Under the pieces are notes generated by a model, which was given only the letters and a program-made list of their open reading frames with translations, searched no databases and was not told where the DNA came from. This document shows positions 28,886 through 37,524 of a DNA stretch of 64,000 nt, piece after piece. A program made the translations under genes and the position numbers. Origin of the DNA: Candidatus Marinacidobacterales bacterium (GTDB taxonomy: Bacteria > Acidobacteriota > Vicinamibacteria > Marinacidobacterales > DATDRI01); NCBI GenBank assembly GCA_965222425.1, contig CBDCTW010000023.1, positions 129,902-193,901 of the forward strand. The letters run 5' to 3'. Numbering within the stretch: position 1 is the first letter of the stretch; each line of letters opens with the position of its first letter.

Positions 28886-29629
28886 CTACATATACAAACC
28901 GCCGTTGACTTGCAAGACTTGACCGGTCAGATAGCTGGCGCCCTCGGATACCAAAAAAGCTACGCAAGCAGCAACGTCCTCGGGTTGCCCGATGCGACCC
29001 AGCGGTATGGACGCCGAGAGTTCTTGCTTGACCTGATCGGATAGATCGTCCGTCATGTCGGTGGCAATATAGCCGGGCGCTACTGCGTTGACGGTAATAT
29101 TTCGGGATGCGACTTCCCGCGCCAGCGATCGGGTGAACCCGAGGATGGCCGCCTTGGATGCCGCATAGTTGGTCTGACCGGCATTACCCATCAGACCAAC
29201 CACCGAGCTCATGTTCACGATCCGTCCGTACCGTTGACGAATCATCGGCCGCAAGGCGGCCTGGCAGCAATGATAAAGGCCGTTGACGTTGGTGGCAATG
29301 ACCGCGTCCCAATCCTCCGGTTTCATTCGGAGGAGAAGGTTATCCCGGCTGATGCCTGCGTTGTTCACTAAAATGTCCAGGCGTTTTTGCTCGCCCAGTA
29401 CCGTCTCGAAGCCGGCGGCGACCGCGGCCCGATCCGAGACATCCATGGCGACAGCTTGAACTCGGCCACCACCAGCCGACAATTCCTCGGCCGCCTGGCG
29501 GATTCGATCTTCGTCACGCCCGGCCACGATCACATGCGCCCCTTCTCCAGCAAGACGCGACGCGATCGACCGACCTATCCCGCGACTGCCACCAGTGACC
29601 AGTGCCACTTTCCCTTGGAGATCAGCCAC
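28886..29629 (-). CDS. fabG: 3-oxoacyl-ACP reductase
   Basis: SDR fold with [12 protein letters not shown] and YAASKAA motifs. Confidence 0.85.
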   Translation of the reverse strand: MADLQGKVALVTGGSRGIGRSIASRLAGEGAHVIVAGRDEDRIRQAAEELSAGGGRVQAVAMDVSDRAAVAAGFETVLGEQKRLDILVNNAGISRDNLLLRMKPEDWDAVIATNVNGLYHCCQAALRPMIRQRYGRIVNMSSVVGLMGNAGQTNYAASKAAILGFTRSLAREVASRNITVNAVAPGYIATDMTDDLSDQVKQELSASIPLGRIGQPEDVAACVAFLVSEGASYLTGQVLQVNGGLYM

Positions 29630-30560
29630 CGGCGACCTCCGCCAACAGCTTCCCGACGCCGCTCGGATCTTCCACCGATACCACGCGCACGTCCTTCGAA
29701 ATCTTCCGCACCAGGCCGGTTAGAACCTTCCCCGGTCCAACCTCCACAAACTGATTCACACCTTCTTCCACCAACGTGCGAACCGACTCCTCCCAGCGAA
29801 CGGGCGATACCACTTGCCTCGTCAGCCCGTCCTTCGCCTGCGCGGCGGTTCGCACCGTCGCCGCGTCCACGTTGGAAATCACAGGCACTCGCGGATTGGA
29901 AAAGGTAATCTCGGCGAAATCTCGTTCCAGCCGGTCCTGTGCAGGTTTCATAAGCTGGCAGTGAAAGGGAGCGCTCACCGGAAGCGGAATGACCCGCTTG
30001 GCGCCTCGTCCTTTTGCCGCTTCCGCGGCCCGGTTAACCGCTTCCGTATGGCCGGCAATGACGATCTGTCCCGGTCCGTTGAGGTTCGCGGGCTCGACCA
30101 CTTCCCCTTCCGCCACTTCTTTACAAAGCGCCTCGACCTCGCCCAACCCCAGACCGAGGATCGCAGCCATCGCCCCTTCGCCGACCGGTACCGCCTCTTG
30201 CATGTAGCGACCGCGGTTGCGCACCAACACCACGGCGTCTTCGAGCCGGAGACCTCCTGCCGCCACCAATGCGGAGTACTCTCCCAGGCTGTGCCCGGCC
30301 ACGAAATCGGGCTCGATGCCCTGAGATGCCAACACCCGATAGAGGGCAGTGCTGGTGGTAAGAATTGCGGGCTGTGTATTCTCGGTAAGCTTCAACTCCT
30401 CGGCCGGGCCCTCGAAGCAAAGTTGGGAAAGGGAGAAGCCCAATGCCGAATCGGCGATCTCGAAGACTTCCCTCGCCTCGCCATGCGCCTCCGCAACCGC
30501 CTGGCCCATGCCCACCTGCTGGGATCCTTGCCCGGGAAAAATCAGCGCCAGTTTGCTCAT
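29622..30560 (-). CDS. fabD: Malonyl CoA-ACP transacylase
   Basis: FPGQGSQ and GHSLGE motifs. Confidence 0.9.
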   Translation of the reverse strand: MSKLALIFPGQGSQQVGMGQAVAEAHGEAREVFEIADSALGFSLSQLCFEGPAEELKLTENTQPAILTTSTALYRVLASQGIEPDFVAGHSLGEYSALVAAGGLRLEDAVVLVRNRGRYMQEAVPVGEGAMAAILGLGLGEVEALCKEVAEGEVVEPANLNGPGQIVIAGHTEAVNRAAEAAKGRGAKRVIPLPVSAPFHCQLMKPAQDRLERDFAEITFSNPRVPVISNVDAATVRTAAQAKDGLTRQVVSPVRWEESVRTLVEEGVNQFVEVGPGKVLTGLVRKISKDVRVVSVEDPSGVGKLLAEVAGG

Positions 30561-30755
30561 ACCGCCCTCGTCCGCTGCCCCGCACCGGCTAACTCACGGA
30601 TGCCTTCGTTGTAAAGGAAACGCCGTACTCCCGTGTTGCGGCGATAGCTCCTTGCACGACGTTCCGCGGCGCGAAGTCGCCCTCCCCATCGGATCGACAG
30701 CGACCGTCCAGTTCGTCACAACGGGAAGCCACCTCGGCAGGAAGAGCCGATCGGC

Positions 30756-30938
30756 CTATGCTTCCTTGACCTCCATGACCGCGCTCCCTTTGTAGTAACC
30801 GCAACTCGGGCACACTAGGTGAGGAGGTTTGGGCTGGTGGCAGTTTGGGCACTCGGATAGAGTGTGGCGGGCCAGAGCGTGATGGGTCCGCCGTTTGTTG
30901 CGCCGGCTCTTCGAGTGACGCCGTTTCGGATTCGGCAT
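30756..30938 (-). CDS. rpmF: 50S ribosomal protein L32
   Basis: MPNPKRRHSKSRRNKRRTHHALARHTLSECPNCHQPKPPHLVCPSCGYYKG. Start placed at Met-65 of the ORF-track ORF 30756..31130. Confidence 0.85.
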   Translation of the reverse strand: MPNPKRRHSKSRRNKRRTHHALARHTLSECPNCHQPKPPHLVCPSCGYYKGSAVMEVKEA

Positions 30939-31027
30939 TTCGGTACACTCCTTCGAGGCGAGCCAGGTTGTACGAACTGCTCGCGTATCTCTTCGGCCGG
31001 GGTGACGACAAGCCTCCCCGCCGGACA

Positions 31028-31576
31028 CTACGGCTTCAATAGCGACTTGAGACTGGCCAGTTGTGGATCCACTGCCTCTCGGGCGCAGTTGCAGGAAGAC
31101 GAGTTCAGGTTCGTGCCACATTCCGAGCACAGGCCCTGGCAGTCGTCACGGCAGATAGGTTTCATCGGGAGGGCCAGATAAATCTGCTCCCTTATCAAGA
31201 GGGCCACATCGATCTTCTCATCCTGGTAGAAGCTAACAGCGAGGTCCTCATCCTTCAGCTCCCGCTCTTGGTTCTCAGCGGGCTTACCAGGCCTACCAGG
31301 CCCGACGTTCGCCGTGAAGGGCAAGAACAGAAGGTCCAGCGGCTCATGAAACTCGAGCCGGAATGACTCCAAACACCGCACGCACGCAAGCTCCACCGTA
31401 GCGGCGAGCGAGCCTCCCAGGCGAAAAGCCACGTCGTCCGCACGATCCAGTCGCCCCGCGAGCTCGACGGGGCCTACGACCCACGGCTCAAACTTTTCAA
31501 GAGGCAATCGTTCCGCAGGAACCGCAAGCTCGACATCTTGTCCCTCGTGTGGAACCCGCGATAGGTCGATAAACAT
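31028..31576 (-). CDS. yceD: YceD/DUF177 family protein (large ribosomal RNA subunit accumulation protein)
   Basis: C-terminal CxxC...CxxC (CRDDCQGLCSECGTNLNSSSCNC). Conserved position upstream of rpmF. Confidence 0.75.
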   Translation of the reverse strand: MFIDLSRVPHEGQDVELAVPAERLPLEKFEPWVVGPVELAGRLDRADDVAFRLGGSLAATVELACVRCLESFRLEFHEPLDLLFLPFTANVGPGRPGKPAENQERELKDEDLAVSFYQDEKIDVALLIREQIYLALPMKPICRDDCQGLCSECGTNLNSSSCNCAREAVDPQLASLKSLLKP

Positions 31577-31602
31577 AACAGCCTCTTAGGTTAAGCGCCG
31601 GC

Positions 31603-31630
31603 ATTATAGCACGGCGACTCGGCCTGTCAA
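31603..31630 (-). promoter_or_regulatory. Near-consensus sigma70 promoter for yceD-rpmF(-fab): TTGACA, 16-nt spacer, TATAAT
   Basis: Minus strand reads cTTGACAggccgagtcgccgtgcTATAATgcc, ~30 nt upstream of the yceD start. Confidence 0.6.
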
Positions 31631-31671
31631 GAACGGCAACGAGGGCAAAGCCACGTAAGTGCTTGGGAAAC

Positions 31672-31703
31672 CTAAAAAAGGGCTCACAGATGCCACAGAG
31701 AGC
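31672..31703 (-). terminator. Rho-independent terminator downstream of deoB (GGCTC...GAGCC stem + CTTTTTTAGG)
   Basis: Minus strand reads GGCTCtctgtggcatctgtGAGCCCTTTTTTAGG, ~55 nt after the deoB stop. Confidence 0.5.
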
Positions 31704-31758
31704 CGAACAAAGCGATGGCAAATTCCCGTATCATACCCAGAAAGTCTCGGGCACCTGC

Positions 31759-32943
31759 CTAATGGCTCGCCAGAAGCTCCTGTAGAAAGCTCTCCCCTGC
31801 CTCGAGCGAGCTCAATCCGTAGTTCTCGGCCAGGCTCTGCCCAAGATCCGCAAAGCTACCGCGGATGCCCAAGTCGGCCCCTGCGCGCACCCTTTTTCCG
31901 ACGGCCAGCAGCGGAACATATTCCCGGGAATGATCGGTGGAGGCCGTGGTTGGATCACAGCCATGGTCGGCGGTCAGGAGCACGAGGTCGTCGTCTCTTG
32001 CTCCCGCCATCAATTCCGGAAGGCTTTTATCCAGTTCCTCTAGCGCGCGGGCGAAGCCAGAGACGTCGTTTCGATGTCCATACTGTTGGTCGAAATCGAC
32101 GAGGTTCGTAAAAATGAAATCAGCGTTCGACTGTTTCATCGCCTTGATCGTCTCGGCCATTCCGTGCTCGTTACTCTCGGTGTGAACGGCCTCGGCGACC
32201 CCGGAACCTGCAAACAGATCTTCGATCTTACCCACGCCGAACACTCGTAGATCGTGTTCCGCCATGCGGTCGAGCAAAGTGGGACGCGGAGGTTTGGGCA
32301 CGAAGTCCCGGCGCCGTGGCGTCCTAGCGAACGAGCCCGCTCTGTCTCCCAGGAACGGCCGAGCAATGATCCGCGCTACGCCGTAGTCCTTGACCACGAG
32401 GTCAAAGGCGATCTGACACATCTTGTAGAGCTCATCGACGGGAATCGTTTCCTCGTGGGCAGCGATTTGAAAAACGCTGTCCGCCGAGGTGTACACTATA
32501 GGCTTACCCGTCTTCTGGTGCACTTCCCCCAGCTCCTGAATGATCACTGTTCCACTCGCGGCTCGATTCCCCAGGGAGTCACGCCCGATTCGTTTTTCGA
32601 ACTCGGCAATCAGCTCGCTTGGAAAACCTGTCGGATAGGTTCGAAACGCCTTCTCGAGGACGATGCCGGCCATCTCCCAGTGTCCGGTCGTGCTGTCCTT
32701 ACCCGGCGAGGCTTGGTTCATCTTGCCGAAGGCACCGCTGAGAGACTCGGGCGCCCGCAGCTCGGGCACGAGCTTGGCGAGCCCCAAGCTAGCTAGAAAA
32801 GGAATGTTCAGGGATTGAGAAGTGGCGATATGGGCTACGGTGTTCGTTCCTCGATCACCGTAGTCGCCGGCGTCGGGCAGCTCGCCCACTCCCACACCGT
32901 CCATGACGATCACGATGGCACGTGAGAAGGCTCTTCTGGTCAC
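31759..32943 (-). CDS. deoB: Phosphopentomutase
   Basis: 394 aa; metalloenzyme domain with IVIVMDGVGVGE and TADHGCDP motifs. Confidence 0.85.
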   Translation of the reverse strand: MTRRAFSRAIVIVMDGVGVGELPDAGDYGDRGTNTVAHIATSQSLNIPFLASLGLAKLVPELRAPESLSGAFGKMNQASPGKDSTTGHWEMAGIVLEKAFRTYPTGFPSELIAEFEKRIGRDSLGNRAASGTVIIQELGEVHQKTGKPIVYTSADSVFQIAAHEETIPVDELYKMCQIAFDLVVKDYGVARIIARPFLGDRAGSFARTPRRRDFVPKPPRPTLLDRMAEHDLRVFGVGKIEDLFAGSGVAEAVHTESNEHGMAETIKAMKQSNADFIFTNLVDFDQQYGHRNDVSGFARALEELDKSLPELMAGARDDDLVLLTADHGCDPTTASTDHSREYVPLLAVGKRVRAGADLGIRGSFADLGQSLAENYGLSSLEAGESFLQELLASH

Positions 32944-32949
32944 GCGCCT

Positions 32950-33213
32950 TCAGTCTTTCGTCTCCGCACCCCCTACCACCGGATCCATGTCAAGGTAGTT
33001 GCCGAACTGCCTCGTGCCGCTGATAGTTGAGATAGCGTGCTTGAAGATCATCTGGTCGACACCGTTGTTCTCCATGATGATGGCAAAACGATCGAAGCTT
33101 TTGATGCACCCGCTGAGTTTCGTTCCGTTCGTCAAATAGACGGTCACGTTTACTCGCTCGCGCCGGGCATGGTCCAAGAAGCTATCTTGAATGTTAGGAG
33201 GCTGTTTTTGCAT
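32950..33213 (-). CDS. hfq: RNA chaperone Hfq
   Basis: MQKQPPNIQDSFLDHARRERVNVTVYLTNGTKLSGCIKSFDRFAIIMENNGVDQMIFKHAISTIS. Start at Met-22 of the ORF-track ORF. Confidence 0.9.
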   Translation of the reverse strand: MQKQPPNIQDSFLDHARRERVNVTVYLTNGTKLSGCIKSFDRFAIIMENNGVDQMIFKHAISTISGTRQFGNYLDMDPVVGGAETKD

Positions 33214-33262
33214 GCACCCCTTCTTCCTCACTAGGCTCAGTAGGCTGAGAAGCCCGAGGAGG

Positions 33263-34291
33263 TTATGGTCCCTCACCCGGCGTCTGACCCGTTTGATTGT
33301 GGCACGACGTTTCTTGACGCCCGGAGTCTTCCCTATCGGGGAGAGGGATTAGCGGATGAAGAAGCTTCCCTCGACTCCGGAGATACTGCTCGATCGCTTC
33401 CGCGATTTCGGAATCCTCGCCGCTACCGGCGAACCAACGCACACCCTCTTCGCCGCGAAACCAAGTCATTTGACGCTTCGCATATTGAAGCGTCGCCCTG
33501 AGAGTCAAGTATCGTGCCCTTTCGAGATCGCACTGACCCGCGAGGTACTGTGCCACCTGACGATAGCCGATGCCCTTGAGGACGGGCGCATCGGAACCGA
33601 ACTCTCTCACCAAACCCCGTACCTCGTCGATCAATCCGCCATCGAACATTTTGTCGATCCGAGCTTCGATCCGACGAGCTAGCTCTCGTCGGGCCGGCGT
33701 GACCCCAATTAGAACGGTACGAAAACCTACCAGCGGTCTGCTCCGCTCTCTCATCATATCGCTCATCGGGCGCTTGGCTAATAAACTGACTTCCAACGCC
33801 CGAACCGCTCGCACGGTATCGTTCTGGTGAATCCGCTTCGCAGATGCCGGATCGACGCGCACCAACATGCGGTGAACGAATCGAGAGCCACGGCGATCTG
33901 CGACCGCCACGATCCGGCCTCGTAGCTTGGGATCTCGCCCCGGCCCGTCGAACAACCCGCGGAGCAACGCCCGCAAGTAGAGCCCCGTCCCCCCGACCAC
34001 CAAAGGTAACTTGCCACGCCGGTCGATTTCCTCGACGATCGGCGCCGCGAGTTGAATGTAGCTCGCAGCCGAGAAATCGCGCGAAGGGTCGGCGACGTCG
34101 AGAAGATGGTGAGGAATGCCTCTCTGTTCGGAGACCGTCAACTTTCCGGTTCCGATGTCCGCGCCACGGTAGACTTGAAGCGCGTCGCAACCAACGATCT
34201 CTCCGTCGAATGCTTCCGCAAGGTGAAGCGCCACCGCACTCTTGCCGGAGGCGGTGGGTCCGACGATACCAACCAGAACCGACCTTCTCAT
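33263..34291 (-). CDS. miaA: tRNA dimethylallyltransferase
   Basis: GPTASGKS P-loop with the conserved miaA-hfq arrangement. The C-terminal ~25 codons are encoded by the 57-nt conserved element and may be a read-through extension. Confidence 0.9.
   Translation of the reverse strand: MRRSVLVGIVGPTASGKSAVALHLAEAFDGEIVGCDALQVYRGADIGTGKLTVSEQRGIPHHLLDVADPSRDFSAASYIQLAAPIVEEIDRRGKLPLVVGGTGLYLRALLRGLFDGPGRDPKLRGRIVAVADRRGSRFVHRMLVRVDPASAKRIHQNDTVRAVRALEVSLLAKRPMSDMMRERSRPLVGFRTVLIGVTPARRELARRIEARIDKMFDGGLIDEVRGLVREFGSDAPVLKGIGYRQVAQYLAGQCDLERARYLTLRATLQYAKRQMTWFRGEEGVRWFAGSGEDSEIAEAIEQYLRSRGKLLHPLIPLPDREDSGRQETSCHNQTGQTPGEGP
33277..33333. repeat. 57-nt conserved element, copy 2 (inside the miaA 3' end, ~70-120 nt upstream of the hfq start)
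   Basis: CGGCGTCTGACCCGTTTGATTGTGGCACGACGTTTCTTGACGCCCGGAGTCTTCC; same orientation as 8166-8223. Confidence 0.7.
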
Positions 34292-34470
34292 CCGATGAGC
34301 CAGCGTACGATGAGGAGAAGGACGAGTAGCCCCCCCAGCGTGACCGCACCGTAGATTTCGGTCGTTTGGAGTCTGGGGAGAGAGGAAGCTTCCACACGAT
34401 CCAGGACAGATTGAGCGCTTCTAGCCCAGTCGCGCGGCAGCCAGCGACCCATAACCCCGCGCGAGCTCAC
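34288..34470 (-). CDS. Small (60 aa) predicted membrane protein, 4-nt overlaps with both neighbours
   Basis: C-terminal hydrophobic helix (AVTLGGLLVLLLIVRWLIG). Sits between the DUF4388 gene and miaA with ATGA-type overlaps suggesting translational coupling. Confidence 0.35.
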   Translation of the reverse strand: MSSRGVMGRWLPRDWARSAQSVLDRVEASSLPRLQTTEIYGAVTLGGLLVLLLIVRWLIG

Positions 34471-35597
34471 TTATCTCCCCTCATCGTTCGGAAAGACTGG
34501 ATGAGCTGAGCTTCGTGAGAAGCGCCCAGCGTTCGCTTGACGGCCAGGAGCTCCGCGTATAGAAGCTCGTTGAGGGCTTCGACCAAAGCGTTCCGACGAT
34601 CGAACGGTTTCAAACGAGACACATTCAATTCGATCTGGTGTGGGTCGAGCGAGCCGTCACGGCGTAACCTTGCCCGTTCAAAAAGCGACTGCGGACGACC
34701 TTTCAACTCGCCCAAGTACTTCTCGAGGATGATCTCAGCGATCGGACCCACCTCGCCCGACATGTGGCGAAACAGATGCTTGTACATTTCGTTGTAGAGC
34801 TCGACCATTCCCCGATAATCGTCGCGCGCGATGGCTTCCGGATCGAGCGGCGCCTGCTTACGTCCCTTGACTACTATGACCCCCACCGACAGGAAAGCAT
34901 AGAGCACCTTGCGGGTCTCCGCCTCGCCGATCTCGCTCTCCTTGCAGATCTCGGCAACCGTTCGCAGGCCGTCTATCTGCCGCAAGACGTGCTCTTCGTA
35001 GGGTTCCAGGGGAAGCGGCGACAACTTCTCGGTTCCATCCAAAATCGTGTCCACGGGAATGAAATGGCTCCCGATCGCTCCGACACCACTGATACGGCGG
35101 ATTCCGTCCACGATCAGCCTCTCGACCTCGAGATTGACAATGATTTTTTCGCCGCGAGGCCGATCGCTTTCCTCGAACTGAAAGGAGCCCTCTTCCCACG
35201 TGAAGAGACCCCACACGATCTCTCGGATCTGTTGCTCGATTCCCCACCAGAGGTCACCGGGAGCGAGCACACCGCTTTCGACGAGCGCCTTACCCAGACG
35301 TTGTCCCCCGCGAATCTGCTGCGAGAGCATGAGGTAATGATCGGCGGAGATCTTGCCGCCCCGCAGCAATACCTCGCCGAGCCGATCCTCGGTCAAGCTG
35401 GAGGAGGCGAAAACAACATTCCCCTCGACAAAATAGAGGCCCTTGCGCACACTTGTCTGCAAGACCGAGAGGACGCCCGTCTTCTCAGAGACCTTGAGAT
35501 AGATGAGTATCTCCGGAAGGCTGACATCCGCGAGGCGCCCCCGCAGAATGCCACCCTCGGTTAGCTCTTCCGCACTAGTTACTTCGAATGCTGACAT
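34467..35597 (-). CDS. DUF4388 domain-containing protein
   Basis: N-terminal DUF4388 signature (LADVSLPEILIYLKVSEKTGVLSV...GLYFVEGNVVFASS). Confidence 0.7.
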   Translation of the reverse strand: MSAFEVTSAEELTEGGILRGRLADVSLPEILIYLKVSEKTGVLSVLQTSVRKGLYFVEGNVVFASSSLTEDRLGEVLLRGGKISADHYLMLSQQIRGGQRLGKALVESGVLAPGDLWWGIEQQIREIVWGLFTWEEGSFQFEESDRPRGEKIIVNLEVERLIVDGIRRISGVGAIGSHFIPVDTILDGTEKLSPLPLEPYEEHVLRQIDGLRTVAEICKESEIGEAETRKVLYAFLSVGVIVVKGRKQAPLDPEAIARDDYRGMVELYNEMYKHLFRHMSGEVGPIAEIILEKYLGELKGRPQSLFERARLRRDGSLDPHQIELNVSRLKPFDRRNALVEALNELLYAELLAVKRTLGASHEAQLIQSFRTMRGDK

Positions 35598-35693
35598 GAT
35601 GGGTAGGTTGGGTATCCGATATGCTATTGAAGGCGGCGAAGCTTGTCAACTTCTGGGCACGCGGCGGGTGTGCGTCATAAATGTGGGGTGAGA

Positions 35694-37091
35694 CTACCCG
35701 CAGCGGGCCTCCCAGAACTGCTCCCAGCGACGGCTGAGTTCGCAGCATCTGAGGGCGATGATGGCATTGGCACCGCGGACGGTCCAGCGCATTCCGGACT
35801 GCTTGAGCCGACGGCCGACGATGGTTTTGCATGCCGCCTCGACGACGCCGGAGCCGACGAACAAACCTTGTTCACGGAAGCGCTGGTAGCGCATCCGCTC
35901 CGTGTTGGTCTGGAAGTAAGCCGTTGCCTTTCTGAGCTCGTCCTTGACGAATTCGCTTTTGGGGCGCAAGCGAGCAAAGGTCGAGAGAAGCCCTTCAAGG
36001 TTGGCTTCATCAAGCAGTTGGATGGATGCCTCTGTCCACGCCTTGGCCTGGAGTGGTTCGTACAGCACCTTGGCAAGGTCTGAAACATGCTCGCGGGCAT
36101 GGTAGAGGTCGAGGATCTCGGTGGCATCCGCAAAGTGCTCAACCGCAAGATTCCAGATCCAGGGCGCACCATCTCCGATGACAATGACCTGTTCGGCAAA
36201 GCGCAGGCCCCGCCGGATGGCCTCGGTAAAGATTCGTTGGCCGAACTCTTCGGCGGTTTCGATGGCGCCGACGTAAGTGGTGGAGTCCGGATCACGAAGA
36301 GCAAAGCCCTCGTCGTCCAAGCTTGTCTGCGTGAACACGCAACCGAGCTTGGCCTCCCTGCTCTTCGCCATGCCCGAGTCGTCTTTGCCTTGCCGTCCTT
36401 GTGTCTCATGTGGGACCATGGGCACTCCGGTGCCGTCGATGGCGATGTACATCTTGGGCACCGGTTTGATCCGAACTATTTTTCCGGACAACACCAGCTT
36501 ACGCTCCTTGCCAGCGATAGCCTCGACCTGTTGCCCAAGTCTTTCTGAGACCCGTTCCACCTCTTTCGTATTGACCACGATTCCAGCTAATAGTTCTAGA
36601 TCTTGGCGCCCCTCGTCGAAGGGTTCCTTGCTGCCGACGCGTCCCATGAGGCGCCGCACGCCGGGAGAGAAGGAGGTTGCCACGATGTCCAGCTCACGGT
36701 CCCTGGGAATACTGCCCTGCTGGCAGTCTGGACAGTGGTAATAGGCCCTTCGAAGCTCGACCTTCGAGAGGACGGTCCGGAGCGTCTTGCTTCGGTGGTC
36801 CACGAACGTGGCCAGGTGACCCTTGCCGCAGTCGATCCGGTGACCTCGATACCCATCGTCCGCAGCGAGCAGCTTTTCCAGCAGGACACCACCCATCTCG
36901 TGCATCGAGTTCCGCACGGCCATCTCGGTTGCCTCGAGATCGACGCGGGCGGCTCGAGCGCTCCCGGGCACAACGCGTAAGAGCAAACGCTCTACTTCCC
37001 GTGCGAACTCCTCTTGGACGAGTTGCGTGAGGTTTTTTTTAACGCGGTCTTTTCCGAATCGGCTGCGGGCTCCTCGGGGCGCGCGTTGCAA
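35694..37091 (-). CDS. ISKra4-family DDE transposase, main ORF (orfB)
   Basis: HCPDCQQG zinc-finger-like motif, DGTGVPMVP and IVIGDGAPWIWNL motifs, and LDLYHAREHV. Confidence 0.75.
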   Translation of the reverse strand: MQRAPRGARSRFGKDRVKKNLTQLVQEEFAREVERLLLRVVPGSARAARVDLEATEMAVRNSMHEMGGVLLEKLLAADDGYRGHRIDCGKGHLATFVDHRSKTLRTVLSKVELRRAYYHCPDCQQGSIPRDRELDIVATSFSPGVRRLMGRVGSKEPFDEGRQDLELLAGIVVNTKEVERVSERLGQQVEAIAGKERKLVLSGKIVRIKPVPKMYIAIDGTGVPMVPHETQGRQGKDDSGMAKSREAKLGCVFTQTSLDDEGFALRDPDSTTYVGAIETAEEFGQRIFTEAIRRGLRFAEQVIVIGDGAPWIWNLAVEHFADATEILDLYHAREHVSDLAKVLYEPLQAKAWTEASIQLLDEANLEGLLSTFARLRPKSEFVKDELRKATAYFQTNTERMRYQRFREQGLFVGSGVVEAACKTIVGRRLKQSGMRWTVRGANAIIALRCCELSRRWEQFWEARCG

Positions 37092-37402
37092 ATCCCCTCG
37101 TTGACTTGCAGCAGCTGCTGGGTGAGGAACCGGAAGCGCTTATAGGTCTCGACCTCCCGCTCGATCTTGGCGAGCCGCGGCCCGGGGCGGAGTTGCAAGG
37201 TTTTGGTCTTGCCCTCGACCTTGGTGGTGAAAGCGTAATAGGGACCGTGGCCAGGATGCTTGCGCTCGGAGCAACAACAGCCGGACTTTCCACAGGAGCG
37301 GAAGACCTCTGTGATAGTGCCTCGACGCATGTCACCGAGCTCAGCGATCTGGCAAAGGATGGCTTCGCGCTGGGTCAGGAGTGGGGGAAGCAGGTCTGGC
37401 AT
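36992..37402 (-). CDS. Transposase N-terminal ORF (orfA) of the ISKra4-like element; overlaps orfB by ~100 nt in the -1 frame at an A8 run (37033-37040)
   Basis: orfA reads TTA AAA AAA ACC and orfB reads GTT AAA AAA AAC through the same A8 run. This is either a programmed -1 slip site or a homopolymer indel splitting one ORF. Confidence 0.6.
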   Translation of the reverse strand: MPDLLPPLLTQREAILCQIAELGDMRRGTITEVFRSCGKSGCCCSERKHPGHGPYYAFTTKVEGKTKTLQLRPGPRLAKIEREVETYKRFRFLTQQLLQVNEGICNARPEEPAADSEKTALKKTSRNSSKRSSHGK

Positions 37403-37524
37403 GGGCGGTCCTCCCTCTGATAGTTACAATACTATCAGAACATCGCGCCTCACATGCACCCTTCCAAATCTACCTACTTTCATGACGCACACCCGCACGC
37501 GGCGGCATGGAAGCATGGGAGCGA

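Larger units (their letters stand above)
35657..37503 (-). mobile_element. ISKra4-like insertion sequence (~1.85 kb) with ~30-bp terminal inverted repeats
   Basis: IR core GCGGGTGTGCGTCAT(A/G)AA(T/A)GT occurs at 35664-35685 and, reverse-complemented, at 37475-37496. Between them lie two overlapping transposase ORFs. Confidence 0.7.

Noticed and set aside
33265-33501. 78-aa plus-strand ORF overlapping the miaA 3' end and the 57-nt element
   Set aside because: Antisense to a strongly supported miaA, and it has no RBS or homology. It is retained only as possible antisense transcription in the finding on the 57-nt element.
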